A stretch of 64,000 nt of DNA, from positions 1-64,000 of the IMG/VR virus record IMGVR_UViG_3300020180_000016. One strand, given 5' to 3'. Positions 8,462 through 17,620 of the stretch are shown here, in pieces. The notes below the pieces were generated by a model that worked only from the letters and a program-made list of their open reading frames with translations, did no database searches and was not told the origin of the DNA. The position numbers and the translations under genes were made by a program. This stretch comes from a virus. Position 1 is the first letter of the stretch, and every line of letters starts with the position of its first letter.

Positions 8462-9340
8462 GTGCAATTGTCATGGGATCAGGTTCGATTGCGAGCAGAG
8501 CAAATAGCCGTTCGGATTTCGGAGTACCAGACTTTGTACCCCATTCCACGAGGTGGGGTCTACGCGGCCATGGCCCTTCAAGCCGCCGACCGTCGATTTG
8601 TTATCACGGAAGATCCGCTTAAGGCTGATGTCTTTGTTGACGACATCATCGACTCGGGGCGAACTCGCAAGGCGACTCTCGAGAAATACGGCATGGATCG
8701 AATGTTTGTCGCTTTAGTCGACAAACCGAAAGAAGATTTGCGGGACTGGGTGTCGTTTCCGTGGGAGCGATACCAAAACGAATCTGGTCCACAAGAAAAC
8801 ATCGTTCGCATTCTGCAAGCGATTGGCGACAATCCCGACCGAGAAGGTTTGAAGGAAACTCCGAATCGCGTGGTGAAGAGTTGGGGTGAGCTCTTTAGTG
8901 GTTATAGATACGATACTGAAGAGAAGGTCGCCGACGTCTTGAAGATGTTTGAGCAAGACACCTGCGATGAGATTGTCTTGCTCAAAAATATCTCCTTCAC
9001 TTCGTTCTGCGAACATCACATGCTGCCGTTCACAGGTGTGGCTCACGTAGCCTACCTACCAAAAGAACGGGTAATCGGAATCAGTAAGCTGGCTCGTATT
9101 GTTGAGATATATAGCCGGCGGTTGCAGATCCAAGAGCGGTTGACCCAGCAGGTCACCAAGGCCCTCGATCTGCATCTCCTGCCGCGGGGTTCAGCCTGCG
9201 TGATAGAAGCTCATCATGGTTGCATGGGTTGCCGAGGGGTTCTTAAGCCTGGGTCGACGATGGTGACATCGAGCATCACTGGTGATTTTCGGCAGCCAGC
9301 AACCCGCCAAGAATTCATGTGGATGATTCGAGGATCCTAG
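8462..9340 (+). CDS. folE: Gpt-like phosphoribosyltransferase fused to GTP cyclohydrolase I
   Basis: PRTase: PIPRGG, VFVDDIIDSGRT, WVSFPWE; FolE: REGLKETPNR, CEHHMLPF, GISKLAR, RLQIQERLT, HGCMGCRG. GTG start after GAGGGG. Confidence 0.92.
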   Translation: MQLSWDQVRLRAEQIAVRISEYQTLYPIPRGGVYAAMALQAADRRFVITEDPLKADVFVDDIIDSGRTRKATLEKYGMDRMFVALVDKPKEDLRDWVSFPWERYQNESGPQENIVRILQAIGDNPDREGLKETPNRVVKSWGELFSGYRYDTEEKVADVLKMFEQDTCDEIVLLKNISFTSFCEHHMLPFTGVAHVAYLPKERVIGISKLARIVEIYSRRLQIQERLTQQVTKALDLHLLPRGSACVIEAHHGCMGCRGVLKPGSTMVTSSITGDFRQPATRQEFMWMIRGS

Positions 9341-10401
9341 TGAAAGAGTTGACTCAGAATTTATTGATGATTGATTCGGGGGCGTTCTCGGTTTGGACCA
9401 AGGGGGAGACGATCGACATTGATGATTACATCAAGTTTTGTCTCGATCACCCCGAATCATCATACTACGTCAACTTAGATGTGATACCAGGTCGTCCAGG
9501 TTCCACTGTCCATCGCACAGAAGAAGTCCTTAACGAATCAGCTCGCCAAGGTTGGCGGAATTACTTGAAGATGATTTCCTATCTTCCGCAGGATAAAGTG
9601 ATTCCGGTTTACCATCGCGGCGAGAACTTGTCTTGGCTGGAAAAGTATCTTGACTTCGGGTGCACCTATCTAGGCATTGGGTTGTCTGGCGCATTAGGTG
9701 CGGTGGGCGATGCCAAGAAGTTCTGGTTGAAGGATCTCCGTAGATATTTGTTTGATGCTGCTGGAAAGCCCGTGATTAAGACTCATGGGTTTGCGGTGAT
9801 GGCATGGGAGATGATGATCGCCATGCCGTGGCATTCCGTAGACTCAGCGAGCTGGGTGCGGCATCCGGCCTATGGCAAGATCTACATTCCGCAACGACGA
9901 GGTGGGGAATGGGTGTATGATCGGCCGCCATTTTTTCTGAACGTATCTCCTAAATCACCGTCTCGAGAAGATGCTGGAAAGCATATCGACACACTGTCAC
10001 CGGCGGTCCGTGAGCAGGTTGGGCTGTATCTTGCTCACACCAACATGAAATTGGGTGCTTACACGGTGGTTGAGGTGCCGTCTGGGTACAAGCTCCAAGA
10101 TGGTGAGTTGTGGTGGGATCGCACCAAGTGCGGTCAGATTATGCGGATCTCAGAACGTGGCTTGATGACGTGCTATCAGCAACGATTCTGGATCAACATG
10201 AAATTTATCCACAATGCGAATCGCACAATTGATGTCGATCACATCTACTTTGCAGGTTCGGCCGGCACTCTGATGGACCAGATCGAATACCGGCTGAAGC
10301 ATCGGTTGCTGTCGTACCACACGATCAAGACGTCCAAAAAATGTCTTGATGTTTTGAGGGGTTGGGAAGAACTCATCTCGAACGGGTCGGTGTCCGTATG
10401 A
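9340..10401 (+). CDS. dpdA: DpdA/TGT-like deazaguanine DNA transglycosylase (putative)
   Basis: IDSGAFS, NLDVI, IPVYH, HGFA, SVDSASW motifs of the TGT fold; follows folE/queD/queE. Confidence 0.7.
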   Translation: MKELTQNLLMIDSGAFSVWTKGETIDIDDYIKFCLDHPESSYYVNLDVIPGRPGSTVHRTEEVLNESARQGWRNYLKMISYLPQDKVIPVYHRGENLSWLEKYLDFGCTYLGIGLSGALGAVGDAKKFWLKDLRRYLFDAAGKPVIKTHGFAVMAWEMMIAMPWHSVDSASWVRHPAYGKIYIPQRRGGEWVYDRPPFFLNVSPKSPSREDAGKHIDTLSPAVREQVGLYLAHTNMKLGAYTVVEVPSGYKLQDGELWWDRTKCGQIMRISERGLMTCYQQRFWINMKFIHNANRTIDVDHIYFAGSAGTLMDQIEYRLKHRLLSYHTIKTSKKCLDVLRGWEELISNGSVSV

Positions 10402-10787
10402 CAGAGCCTGGGCAGTTGGTTGACCAGTTTCTGGAGCTGATGTTACCGTGCAAAGATGAACTGGAATACCAAAGGTGCCTAGTCACCTTTGGAGCCGTGT
10501 CCGATCAATCGCCAGTGCAGAGTCTTAAGAACGGAGAGCAGTTGCTCCGTCGTAGATCTAATCGGCGATCCGAGTACCAGGCTGGAGAACGGACTCGTAG
10601 AGATGGCCTTCCTTTCACCTGGGTAGAGTCTAGGGTCATAACTTGGGCCTTATCAGACTCCCCGGAAGGTAAAGGTGCAGCCTCTCCGGAATATCTGGCT
10701 GAGTTATTACAGCGATCGGTTGATGAAGTTTCGAAGGATATCAACCGCAGACAGACTGAGCGAATGGGAATCAAAGGTCTCTGGTAG
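10398..10787 (+). CDS. Hypothetical protein
   Basis: ATGA overlap with the upstream gene; possible HTH (YLAELLQRSVDEV). Confidence 0.55.
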   Translation: MTEPGQLVDQFLELMLPCKDELEYQRCLVTFGAVSDQSPVQSLKNGEQLLRRRSNRRSEYQAGERTRRDGLPFTWVESRVITWALSDSPEGKGAASPEYLAELLQRSVDEVSKDINRRQTERMGIKGLW

Positions 10788-10799
10788 AAGGGAAACTGG

Positions 10800-11834
10800 A
10801 TGCAAATTAATCGAGAAGAATTCCTTCGGGTGCTGCAATCCGTGTCACCTGGATTGGCACAGAGGGAAATCATTGAGCAGAGTTCTTGTTTCATTTTCAT
10901 TGACGGCCGAGTGATGACCTTCAATGATGAGGTCTGCTGCTCGCGAGATTCCCCCTTACCGGAACTTCACGGAGCTTTGCGGGCTCAGAAGACTCTCGAC
11001 CTGTTGAGCAAGTTGACAGAGGACGAACTCGATGTGAGCATGAACGAGGACGGGACAGAACTCCTCGTCAAAGGTGCTGGGCGACGATCCGGGCTCCGAA
11101 TGGAAGCCCAGGTCGTCTTGCCTGTCGACTCAATCGAGATTCCTACGGAGTGGCGAGAACTGGACGCTCGGTTTGCCGAGGGCGTGAGCCTGGTTCATGG
11201 ATGTGCGAGCACGGAGATGTCACAGTTTGTCCTAACCTGTGTTCACATTCATCCGGATTACGTTGAGGCATCGGATCGGTTCCAGATCGCTCGGTTTCCG
11301 ATACCGACCGGGTTTCCGCAATCTATTTTGGTGCGGGCTCAGAGCCTGTGCAAAATCATCGGCTACGATATGACGATGTGCGCCGAGACCGGTGGGTGGG
11401 TTCATTTCAAGAATCCAACAGGCTTGGTGATGTCGATTCGCCGCCATCTGGATTCTGGGTATCGGGACCTATCGGAGTTTATCACCCCGACTGGGACGTC
11501 CAAGGTGACGTTGCCGGGTGGGCTGGAAGAGGCCGTCGGTCGATCCAATCTGTTCAGTTCGGAGAAATCTGACGGTAACGTCATTAAGGTTTCATTCCGG
11601 CCAAATAAATTGATGATCGAGGGCGAGGGTCCGTCGGGTTGGTTCAAAGAACAGAAGCCTGTCGCCTATGAAGGCCAACCCGTCTCATTCTTGATCGCAC
11701 CGAAACTTCTGATCGAGGTTTCCAAGCGGTCGAGTGAATGTGGGATTTCGGACAATCGACTCTTCATCGATGGTGGCAAATTCCTCTACGCTACGGCGAC
11801 TCACGTCGACTCGTCGGCGGTGTCCGTAGGGTAG
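10800..11834 (+). CDS. dnaN: DNA polymerase sliding clamp (beta subunit-like)
   Basis: 344 aa; INREEFLRVLQSV start, VLTCVHI..EASDRFQI motif; replisome context. Confidence 0.75.
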   Translation: MQINREEFLRVLQSVSPGLAQREIIEQSSCFIFIDGRVMTFNDEVCCSRDSPLPELHGALRAQKTLDLLSKLTEDELDVSMNEDGTELLVKGAGRRSGLRMEAQVVLPVDSIEIPTEWRELDARFAEGVSLVHGCASTEMSQFVLTCVHIHPDYVEASDRFQIARFPIPTGFPQSILVRAQSLCKIIGYDMTMCAETGGWVHFKNPTGLVMSIRRHLDSGYRDLSEFITPTGTSKVTLPGGLEEAVGRSNLFSSEKSDGNVIKVSFRPNKLMIEGEGPSGWFKEQKPVAYEGQPVSFLIAPKLLIEVSKRSSECGISDNRLFIDGGKFLYATATHVDSSAVSVG

Positions 11835-11837
11835 TCC

Positions 11838-13043
11838 ATGTCAGGTTTCTTTCCAGCGTCTGAAGTTGTGGCTTACAAGCCACAGATGGTGATTCCGCGA
11901 TGCGGAGCTTGCGGCTTACATCTGGGATGCCAATCACCCAAGATGCCTGTCAGCGGTCAAGGTCGCATGGGCATCTTGGTTGTGACCGAAGCTCCCGGAG
12001 AAGCTGAAGACCAGAAGGGTTCGCATCTGGCCGGCCCTGGTGGTCAATACCTCAGATCGGTGATGTCTAGTCACGGTGTTGACTTAGACCGTGACTGCTG
12101 GACCGTTGGTGCTCTGTCGTGCCGCCCACCAGATAGTCGACCACCCACCACAAAAGAGATCGACTACTGTCGACCATTGGTTGATAAGGCCATCCGCGAG
12201 CTCAATCCAAGGGTTATTCTTGTTCTGGGTGGGGCTGCCATTCGCTCAGTGATAGGGCCGATTTGGCGTGATGATCCCGGTGAAGTCAGATTGTGGACGG
12301 GTTGGAAGATACCTGCACAGAGATACAATGCCTGGATCGTACCTGCTCAAGATCCATCCGAGATTTGTCGGATGGATAAAGATCGCGAGGGGCCGGTCTT
12401 CCGTCTTTGGTTTGAGCGACACGTTGAGTCGGCTCTCAAAGTCGATGGCCGCCCGTGGGACGAGGTTCCCAATTACGCATCTCAGGTAAGAGTCCTTCTT
12501 GACCCAAATCAAGCCGCCGTTTGGATTCGAGAAAAGATTGCGGCTGGTGGGTCGATTGCCTTTGACTATGAGACGAATATGCTCAAGCCTGATGGGCAAG
12601 ACGCTCGAATCGTTTGCTGCTCTATCTGTTGGCGTGGTCGTGAGACGATAGCCTATCCGTGGGTGGGTGAAGCCATTGTTGCATCGAAAGAGATTTTGGA
12701 GTCGGATGTACCTAAGTTAGGTGCCAATAATAAATTCGAGACTAGGTGGTCCCGTCGATTTGGCATCGAAGTGGCGAACTGGAGCTGGGACACGATGTTG
12801 TCCGCTCATCACCTAGATAGCCGCGAAGGGATCACATCAGTCAAGTTTCAGGCGTTTGTGAGATTTGGGCAAGAAGACTGGTCCGCAGCAATCAAGCCAT
12901 ATCTAGAGTCGCCGTCGAGCATCACACCCAATCGGATACACCAGGTAAACTTGCGGTCGCTCCTCGTTTATTGTGGTGTGGACTCTTTGATTGAGTTCAA
13001 GATAGCGATGAACCAGCGGCAGGAGATGTTGAACGGACAATGA
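11838..13043 (+). CDS. Family-4 UDG-like domain + 3'-5' exonuclease (N-terminal subunit of split PolA)
   Basis: CGACGL, EAPGEAED, CRPP..EIDYC; exonuclease AFDYET, NNKFE, WDTML, YCGVD. Confidence 0.85.
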   Translation: MSGFFPASEVVAYKPQMVIPRCGACGLHLGCQSPKMPVSGQGRMGILVVTEAPGEAEDQKGSHLAGPGGQYLRSVMSSHGVDLDRDCWTVGALSCRPPDSRPPTTKEIDYCRPLVDKAIRELNPRVILVLGGAAIRSVIGPIWRDDPGEVRLWTGWKIPAQRYNAWIVPAQDPSEICRMDKDREGPVFRLWFERHVESALKVDGRPWDEVPNYASQVRVLLDPNQAAVWIREKIAAGGSIAFDYETNMLKPDGQDARIVCCSICWRGRETIAYPWVGEAIVASKEILESDVPKLGANNKFETRWSRRFGIEVANWSWDTMLSAHHLDSREGITSVKFQAFVRFGQEDWSAAIKPYLESPSSITPNRIHQVNLRSLLVYCGVDSLIEFKIAMNQRQEMLNGQ

Positions 13044-14386
13044 AGGCCTCAACACCAGAAGCATTTCAATTGATGATGGAAGGCTCCGCGGCCTTGGCAG
13101 AGATGGAAGCCAACGGGATGCGAGTGGATGTTGAGTACCTGAACCGGGCAATTGATAAGACAGCGGAAACTATCCGTCGTATTGAGGACGATCTTCGTGA
13201 CGACGAGGTTTTCCAGATTTGGCGAAAGGTGTACGGTGCGAAGGCTGATTTAGGAAGTCGCGAGCAGTTAGGTCACGTTGTATTCACAGAGCTCGGTGTT
13301 GAGTGTAAGACCAGAACTAAGACTGGTTTGCCTAAGACGGACGGCAAGGCTTTGGAGGACGTAGATTTTCCGTTTGTCAAGTGGTGGGTGGATCTCAAGA
13401 AGCTGGAGAAGGCTCGAGATACCTACTTGATTGGATTACGGAATGAGACCGTTGATGGATTTGTTCACCCGTTCTTCAATTTGCATCTGGCCTACACCTA
13501 TCGCAGCTCAGTTGATCGACCCAGCCTACAAAATCAGCCTATCCGTGATCCACGGCAGGCTAAGATCATCCGCACATCGTACATCCCTCGGAGTCCAGAC
13601 CATGTCTTGCTGGAAAAGGATTACAGCGCCTTGGAATTCCGAGGGGCTGCCAATTTCTGGAAAGATAGGGACATGGTGCAGTATGCCAGCGATCCTAGTC
13701 TAGACATCCATCGAGACATGGCGGCGGAGTGCTACCTGCTCGATTTGGATAATGTCTCAAAAGACTGTCGTGGGTTTGCTAAGAATCAATTCGTGTTTCC
13801 GACTCTGTATGGATCGTCACCAAAGAATTGTGCATCCAATTTGTGGGTGCAGATTGGCCGCAGTGGTTTGAAGACGAAGGCCGGTGTTGGTGTTTACGAT
13901 CATTTGGCCTCTAGAGGAATCGCATCTGCGGAGCAGTTTAAGAATCACATCTTTGAGGTCTCGAAGAAGTTTAAGGCCAGATTCCCTCACTGGGATAAAG
14001 AAAAAGATGTCTGGTGGGATCTCTACCAGAAACGTGGATGGTTTGAGCTGTCCACTGGATTTGTCTGTAAGGGAAATTTCTCTTACAACAATCTGATGAA
14101 CACGCCTATCCAAGGACCTTCGTTTCATTGCCTTCTTTGGTCAATCATCGAGATTGGTAAGTGGCTGAAGAAGTACAAAATGAAGACGAAGTTGATCTGT
14201 GAGATCCACGACTCCATCCTTGCCGATGTTTATCGACCGGAGTTGCAAGACTATCACGAAGTCTCAACTAGGATTATGACGGAGGATATCCGTAAGGCTT
14301 GGCCGTGGATATTGACTCCGTTGGCCGTTGAGACGGACATCGCAGAAACTAATTGGTACGAGAAGAAACCTTTGTTAGCGGCTTAG
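13040..14386 (+). CDS. polA: Family A DNA polymerase, polymerase subunit
   Basis: Motif A DYSALEFR, motif B RGFAKNQFVFPTLYG, NTPIQG, motif C EIHDSI. Confidence 0.93.
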   Translation: MKASTPEAFQLMMEGSAALAEMEANGMRVDVEYLNRAIDKTAETIRRIEDDLRDDEVFQIWRKVYGAKADLGSREQLGHVVFTELGVECKTRTKTGLPKTDGKALEDVDFPFVKWWVDLKKLEKARDTYLIGLRNETVDGFVHPFFNLHLAYTYRSSVDRPSLQNQPIRDPRQAKIIRTSYIPRSPDHVLLEKDYSALEFRGAANFWKDRDMVQYASDPSLDIHRDMAAECYLLDLDNVSKDCRGFAKNQFVFPTLYGSSPKNCASNLWVQIGRSGLKTKAGVGVYDHLASRGIASAEQFKNHIFEVSKKFKARFPHWDKEKDVWWDLYQKRGWFELSTGFVCKGNFSYNNLMNTPIQGPSFHCLLWSIIEIGKWLKKYKMKTKLICEIHDSILADVYRPELQDYHEVSTRIMTEDIRKAWPWILTPLAVETDIAETNWYEKKPLLAA

Positions 14387-14394
14387 GAGAGAAG

Positions 14395-15351
14395 ATGATC
14401 TATGCCAATCCGGTCGAGCTCTATCTCAAGTATCGACCGCAGAATTTCGGTGAAGTGATTGGTCAGGACGAGGCCGTGTCTACCTTGAGTGATCTCGGTC
14501 GCCGTGGGGTTTTCCCTCACGCCATTCTGTTTACGGGTCCGTCGGGATGTGGCAAGACGACGTTGGCTCGAATCATTGCTAAGAAGTTGAAATGCCCGCC
14601 GTTGACTCCGGAAGGCAAAGAGTCTCCGGATTACCAAGAGATGAATGCAGCCGACTGTCGAGGTATCGACGACATTCGAGCGATCGCCCAACGGCTCGGG
14701 ACGGCACCGATGCTGGCGGCTTGCCGCGTCATCTATCTTGATGAGTGCCACGGCATGACTTCTGACGCTCAGGATGCTTTCCTCAAGCTCCTGGAAGATA
14801 CGCCACCGCACATTTATTTCCTTCTCTCGACGACCAACCCAAATAAGCTGAAGAAGACGATTCTGACTCGCTGTCAGCGGGTGGATTGTAAGCCGATCAC
14901 TGAGGCTGGGTTGCGTGAGTTGGTTGAGTCGGTTGCGTTGAGAGAAGGCAAGACTCTCACACAGGCCGTTATCAATCACATCGCCGACTGTTCCGAGAAC
15001 AGTGGTCGGCAGGCTTTGGTGCTGCTTCACGCAGTTTTGGGCTTGGCTGATGAGAAGGAGCAGCTCGCAGCCGTTTCTAAGGTCAGTCAGTCTCGAGATG
15101 CGATTGAGCTGGTGCAGGCCTTGGTGAGCAAGAAGCCGTGGGCGTCGGTCGCCGCAATTTTGAAAGAACTTGACGAAGATCCGGAAGGGTTGCGTCGGCT
15201 CATTTTGGGGTATTGCTCCAAGATTGTTCTGGGTGCCGGTGGGTCGGCGGGTCGGGCCGCGATGATTATTGAAGAGTTCTGGGAGCCTCTCTACGACATC
15301 GGGAAGCCGGGGCTGGTGGTGCGGTGCTACTCTATCTGCAATAATGCCTAG
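14395..15351 (+). CDS. dnaX: Clamp loader, DNA Pol III gamma/tau-like AAA+
   Basis: LYLKYRPQ, GPSGCGKTT, YLDECH, LKLLEDTP, TILTRC. Confidence 0.92.
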   Translation: MIYANPVELYLKYRPQNFGEVIGQDEAVSTLSDLGRRGVFPHAILFTGPSGCGKTTLARIIAKKLKCPPLTPEGKESPDYQEMNAADCRGIDDIRAIAQRLGTAPMLAACRVIYLDECHGMTSDAQDAFLKLLEDTPPHIYFLLSTTNPNKLKKTILTRCQRVDCKPITEAGLRELVESVALREGKTLTQAVINHIADCSENSGRQALVLLHAVLGLADEKEQLAAVSKVSQSRDAIELVQALVSKKPWASVAAILKELDEDPEGLRRLILGYCSKIVLGAGGSAGRAAMIIEEFWEPLYDIGKPGLVVRCYSICNNA

Positions 15352-15438
15352 GAGATACTCACGCTTCCGTCGTATAGTGTAGGTGAGGAAGGATGTGTAG
15401 CATGTTCGAGGTCAACTCGTGGTTGTTGAGGAGCTTTG

Positions 15439-15912
15439 ATGCCAGCACCTGATATCCGTATGCAAATCGATGAGTTGAATCTGCACAAAGAATGGCAGAA
15501 TCAACCGCAGCAGATGATGAACTGGGGTCGATTTGTAGCTGAGTGTCAGCGGATGCTAGACGAAGCCGAGGTTGCAAAGTCTTTAGTCGAGGCCGAATTA
15601 GATTCGGATATTCGAGAGAATTGCACGACCTATGGATTGGACAAGATAACTGAGGCTGCGATTAAGTCAACGATTCCGAAACAGCCAGAGTACACGTCCT
15701 GTGTGAAGAAGATCATTCGGCTCACTTTTGAGTTGAATGAGGCGAAGGCTGTGGTGCGGGCCTTGGAGCATCGTAAATCGGCCTTGGGTGGAATGACAGA
15801 GCTTTTCATACGTGATTACCACTCCGACAAATCAGCTGGATCGGCAGATAAGGAAAGCATTCGAGCTCGCGGACGTCGGCGGCAAGATGAGGACGTGGGT
15901 GATGGTGTTTAA
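15439..15912 (+). CDS. UvsY-like recombination mediator (putative)
   Basis: Helical coiled-coil, KITEAAIK..PEY, ALEHRKSAL; upstream of SSB and RecA. Confidence 0.5.
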   Translation: MPAPDIRMQIDELNLHKEWQNQPQQMMNWGRFVAECQRMLDEAEVAKSLVEAELDSDIRENCTTYGLDKITEAAIKSTIPKQPEYTSCVKKIIRLTFELNEAKAVVRALEHRKSALGGMTELFIRDYHSDKSAGSADKESIRARGRRRQDEDVGDGV

Positions 15913-16060
15913 TTTCTTGCAGGCCACTGCCATTGTACTCTTGGCAATTATCGGAATACCTAGCCTGATTTACCTGTACATCAAAGCTGGGTTTTCAGCC
16001 TATTTCAAAGCAAGACTTGATTTCGAAATGGAGAAGGTGAAGAATGAGTCGCGACGATAG
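15902..16060 (+). CDS. Small membrane protein
   Basis: One hydrophobic helix (AIVLLAIIGIPSLIYLYI); overlaps both neighbours. Confidence 0.5.
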   Translation: MVFNFLQATAIVLLAIIGIPSLIYLYIKAGFSAYFKARLDFEMEKVKNESRR

Positions 16061-17531
16061 ACGGTCCCAGCGAGTTTCAACCGCCCGGCGACGAGCCGAA
16101 GAGCACACGTCCGGATATTCGACGACGTGTCTGAAGATTCCCGAAGGGGTTAGCTTCTTCGAGGCGAAGCCCGGGATGTACACGGTGGACATCGTGCCGT
16201 ACACCGTGAAACGGGGCAAGAAGGACGCCGGCGGTAATCCGTTCGCTGAGCGAGGTGAGTTGCATTGGGAGCGGACTTATTATCGATATCGGCAAGTCGG
16301 TCCGGCAGGCAAGCCGTACATCGCGACGGGCAAGACGTTTAATAAACCGGATCCGATCCAGGATTACATTTCGCAGGAGGCTCGCAAAGCCGACTCCGAT
16401 GCGGCCGCCTTGAAGAAGTTGAATCCGCAGGAACGGCAGATTTTCCTACTCTCGCATCATGAGGACTTGGCCAAGGGATTGAAAATCTGGGATTGTGCCT
16501 TCAATAATTTCGGCAAGCTCTTGGATCAGCGTATCCAGACCAGCCCGGAATCGTTTGGGTGGGATCGGTTCTACTTCCCCGAGCAAGACGGAATGTCGCT
16601 CCGGTTGACAATCATCGAAGACAGTTTTGCTGGAACCAAGTTCAGCAACGTCAAGGCAATTGACTTCGTTCCCCGGTCTGGGCCGCTGCCCGATTCGATC
16701 GGCAATCACGGATACCAGCTCGACGATTTTTTGATCGAGCTTCCATACGAGAATCTCAAGAAGATCTTCTTTGGGATGGATCTCAACGAGACCGAGCAAG
16801 GATCCGCCGCAAGCGAGACGACGCCTAGCAACCCACTGCCAAATCAGGTTGCCACTCCGCCGGCTGTGGATTCTTGCATCGCTTGCGGCGGTACTGGCCA
16901 GAGCACATCCGGATCTCCCTGCGTGCCGTGTCTCGGCAAAGGTACGAAGCAGCATCCGCAGGGAGTGGTGTCGAACCCACCCACAACCACCGCAGTGACG
17001 ACCCCACCGACGACCACAGGTGCAGCACCGGGTGCTGGTGCCGGGGTGGCTCGCGGTACGTCTGGGTACTACGAAGGTCGCAAGGTCAGTGTCGTCCGTG
17101 TCGTGGACGACCAGTTCCTTACGTTGATGGATGAGAACGACGAACTCATCAAGAACGTCCCCTTTGCGAATTTTTCAACGCAACCGCAGACCACGGCGAC
17201 GGCCGAACCTGCAAAGCCGCCGGTTCTGAAGACTGTGCAGGAGATGGGAATCACCAAGGATTCCATTCTTCTCTATAAGGGGACTCGACGTTGCACGATT
17301 GCCCGGATCAATCCGGATAACGTGACGATGACCTTGATGGATGACAATGACGATCTCATCAAGGAAGTGCCTACGTCGGACGTAGGCGTCATTGAGACGA
17401 AGGCCGCCACGTCTCCGTCCGGCCCATCTCAGAATTCGACACCACCTCAGCCGCCAGCAGCGGAGGAGACCAATAAATTGACTCCTGACGACGGTGACTG
17501 GGACGAAGGTTGGGGGAAAGGGAAGAAATAG
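16044..17531 (+). CDS. Single-stranded DNA-binding protein (gp32-like, putative) with long C-terminal extension
   Basis: Position before RecA; acidic/aromatic tail DDGDWDEGW; CxxCxGxG pair; duplicated LTLMD(E/D)ND(E/D)LIK domain. Confidence 0.65.
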   Translation: MSRDDRRSQRVSTARRRAEEHTSGYSTTCLKIPEGVSFFEAKPGMYTVDIVPYTVKRGKKDAGGNPFAERGELHWERTYYRYRQVGPAGKPYIATGKTFNKPDPIQDYISQEARKADSDAAALKKLNPQERQIFLLSHHEDLAKGLKIWDCAFNNFGKLLDQRIQTSPESFGWDRFYFPEQDGMSLRLTIIEDSFAGTKFSNVKAIDFVPRSGPLPDSIGNHGYQLDDFLIELPYENLKKIFFGMDLNETEQGSAASETTPSNPLPNQVATPPAVDSCIACGGTGQSTSGSPCVPCLGKGTKQHPQGVVSNPPTTTAVTTPPTTTGAAPGAGAGVARGTSGYYEGRKVSVVRVVDDQFLTLMDENDELIKNVPFANFSTQPQTTATAEPAKPPVLKTVQEMGITKDSILLYKGTRRCTIARINPDNVTMTLMDDNDDLIKEVPTSDVGVIETKAATSPSGPSQNSTPPQPPAAEETNKLTPDDGDWDEGWGKGKK

Positions 17532-17546
17532 GCCCGGTAGCCTGGT

Positions 17547-17618
17547 AGAGTGGTCGTCGATTAGGTAAGACACCGAGCCGCGATCTCGGAGAAATGGGTT
17601 CAAGTCCCATCCACTCTC
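17547..17618 (+). tRNA. tRNA-like gene, anticodon GCG (Arg), C at position 33, no encoded CCA
   Basis: Acceptor AGAGTGG/CCACTCT; D arm GTC/GAC with GG; anticodon stem CCGAG/CTCGG, loop CCGCGAT; T arm ATGGG-TTCAAGT-CCCAT. Confidence 0.75.
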
Positions 17619-17620
17619 TT

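Noticed and set aside
17594-17620. ORF-track start of recA
   Set aside because: Overlaps the T-arm and acceptor stem of the tRNA-like gene; ATG 17621 preferred
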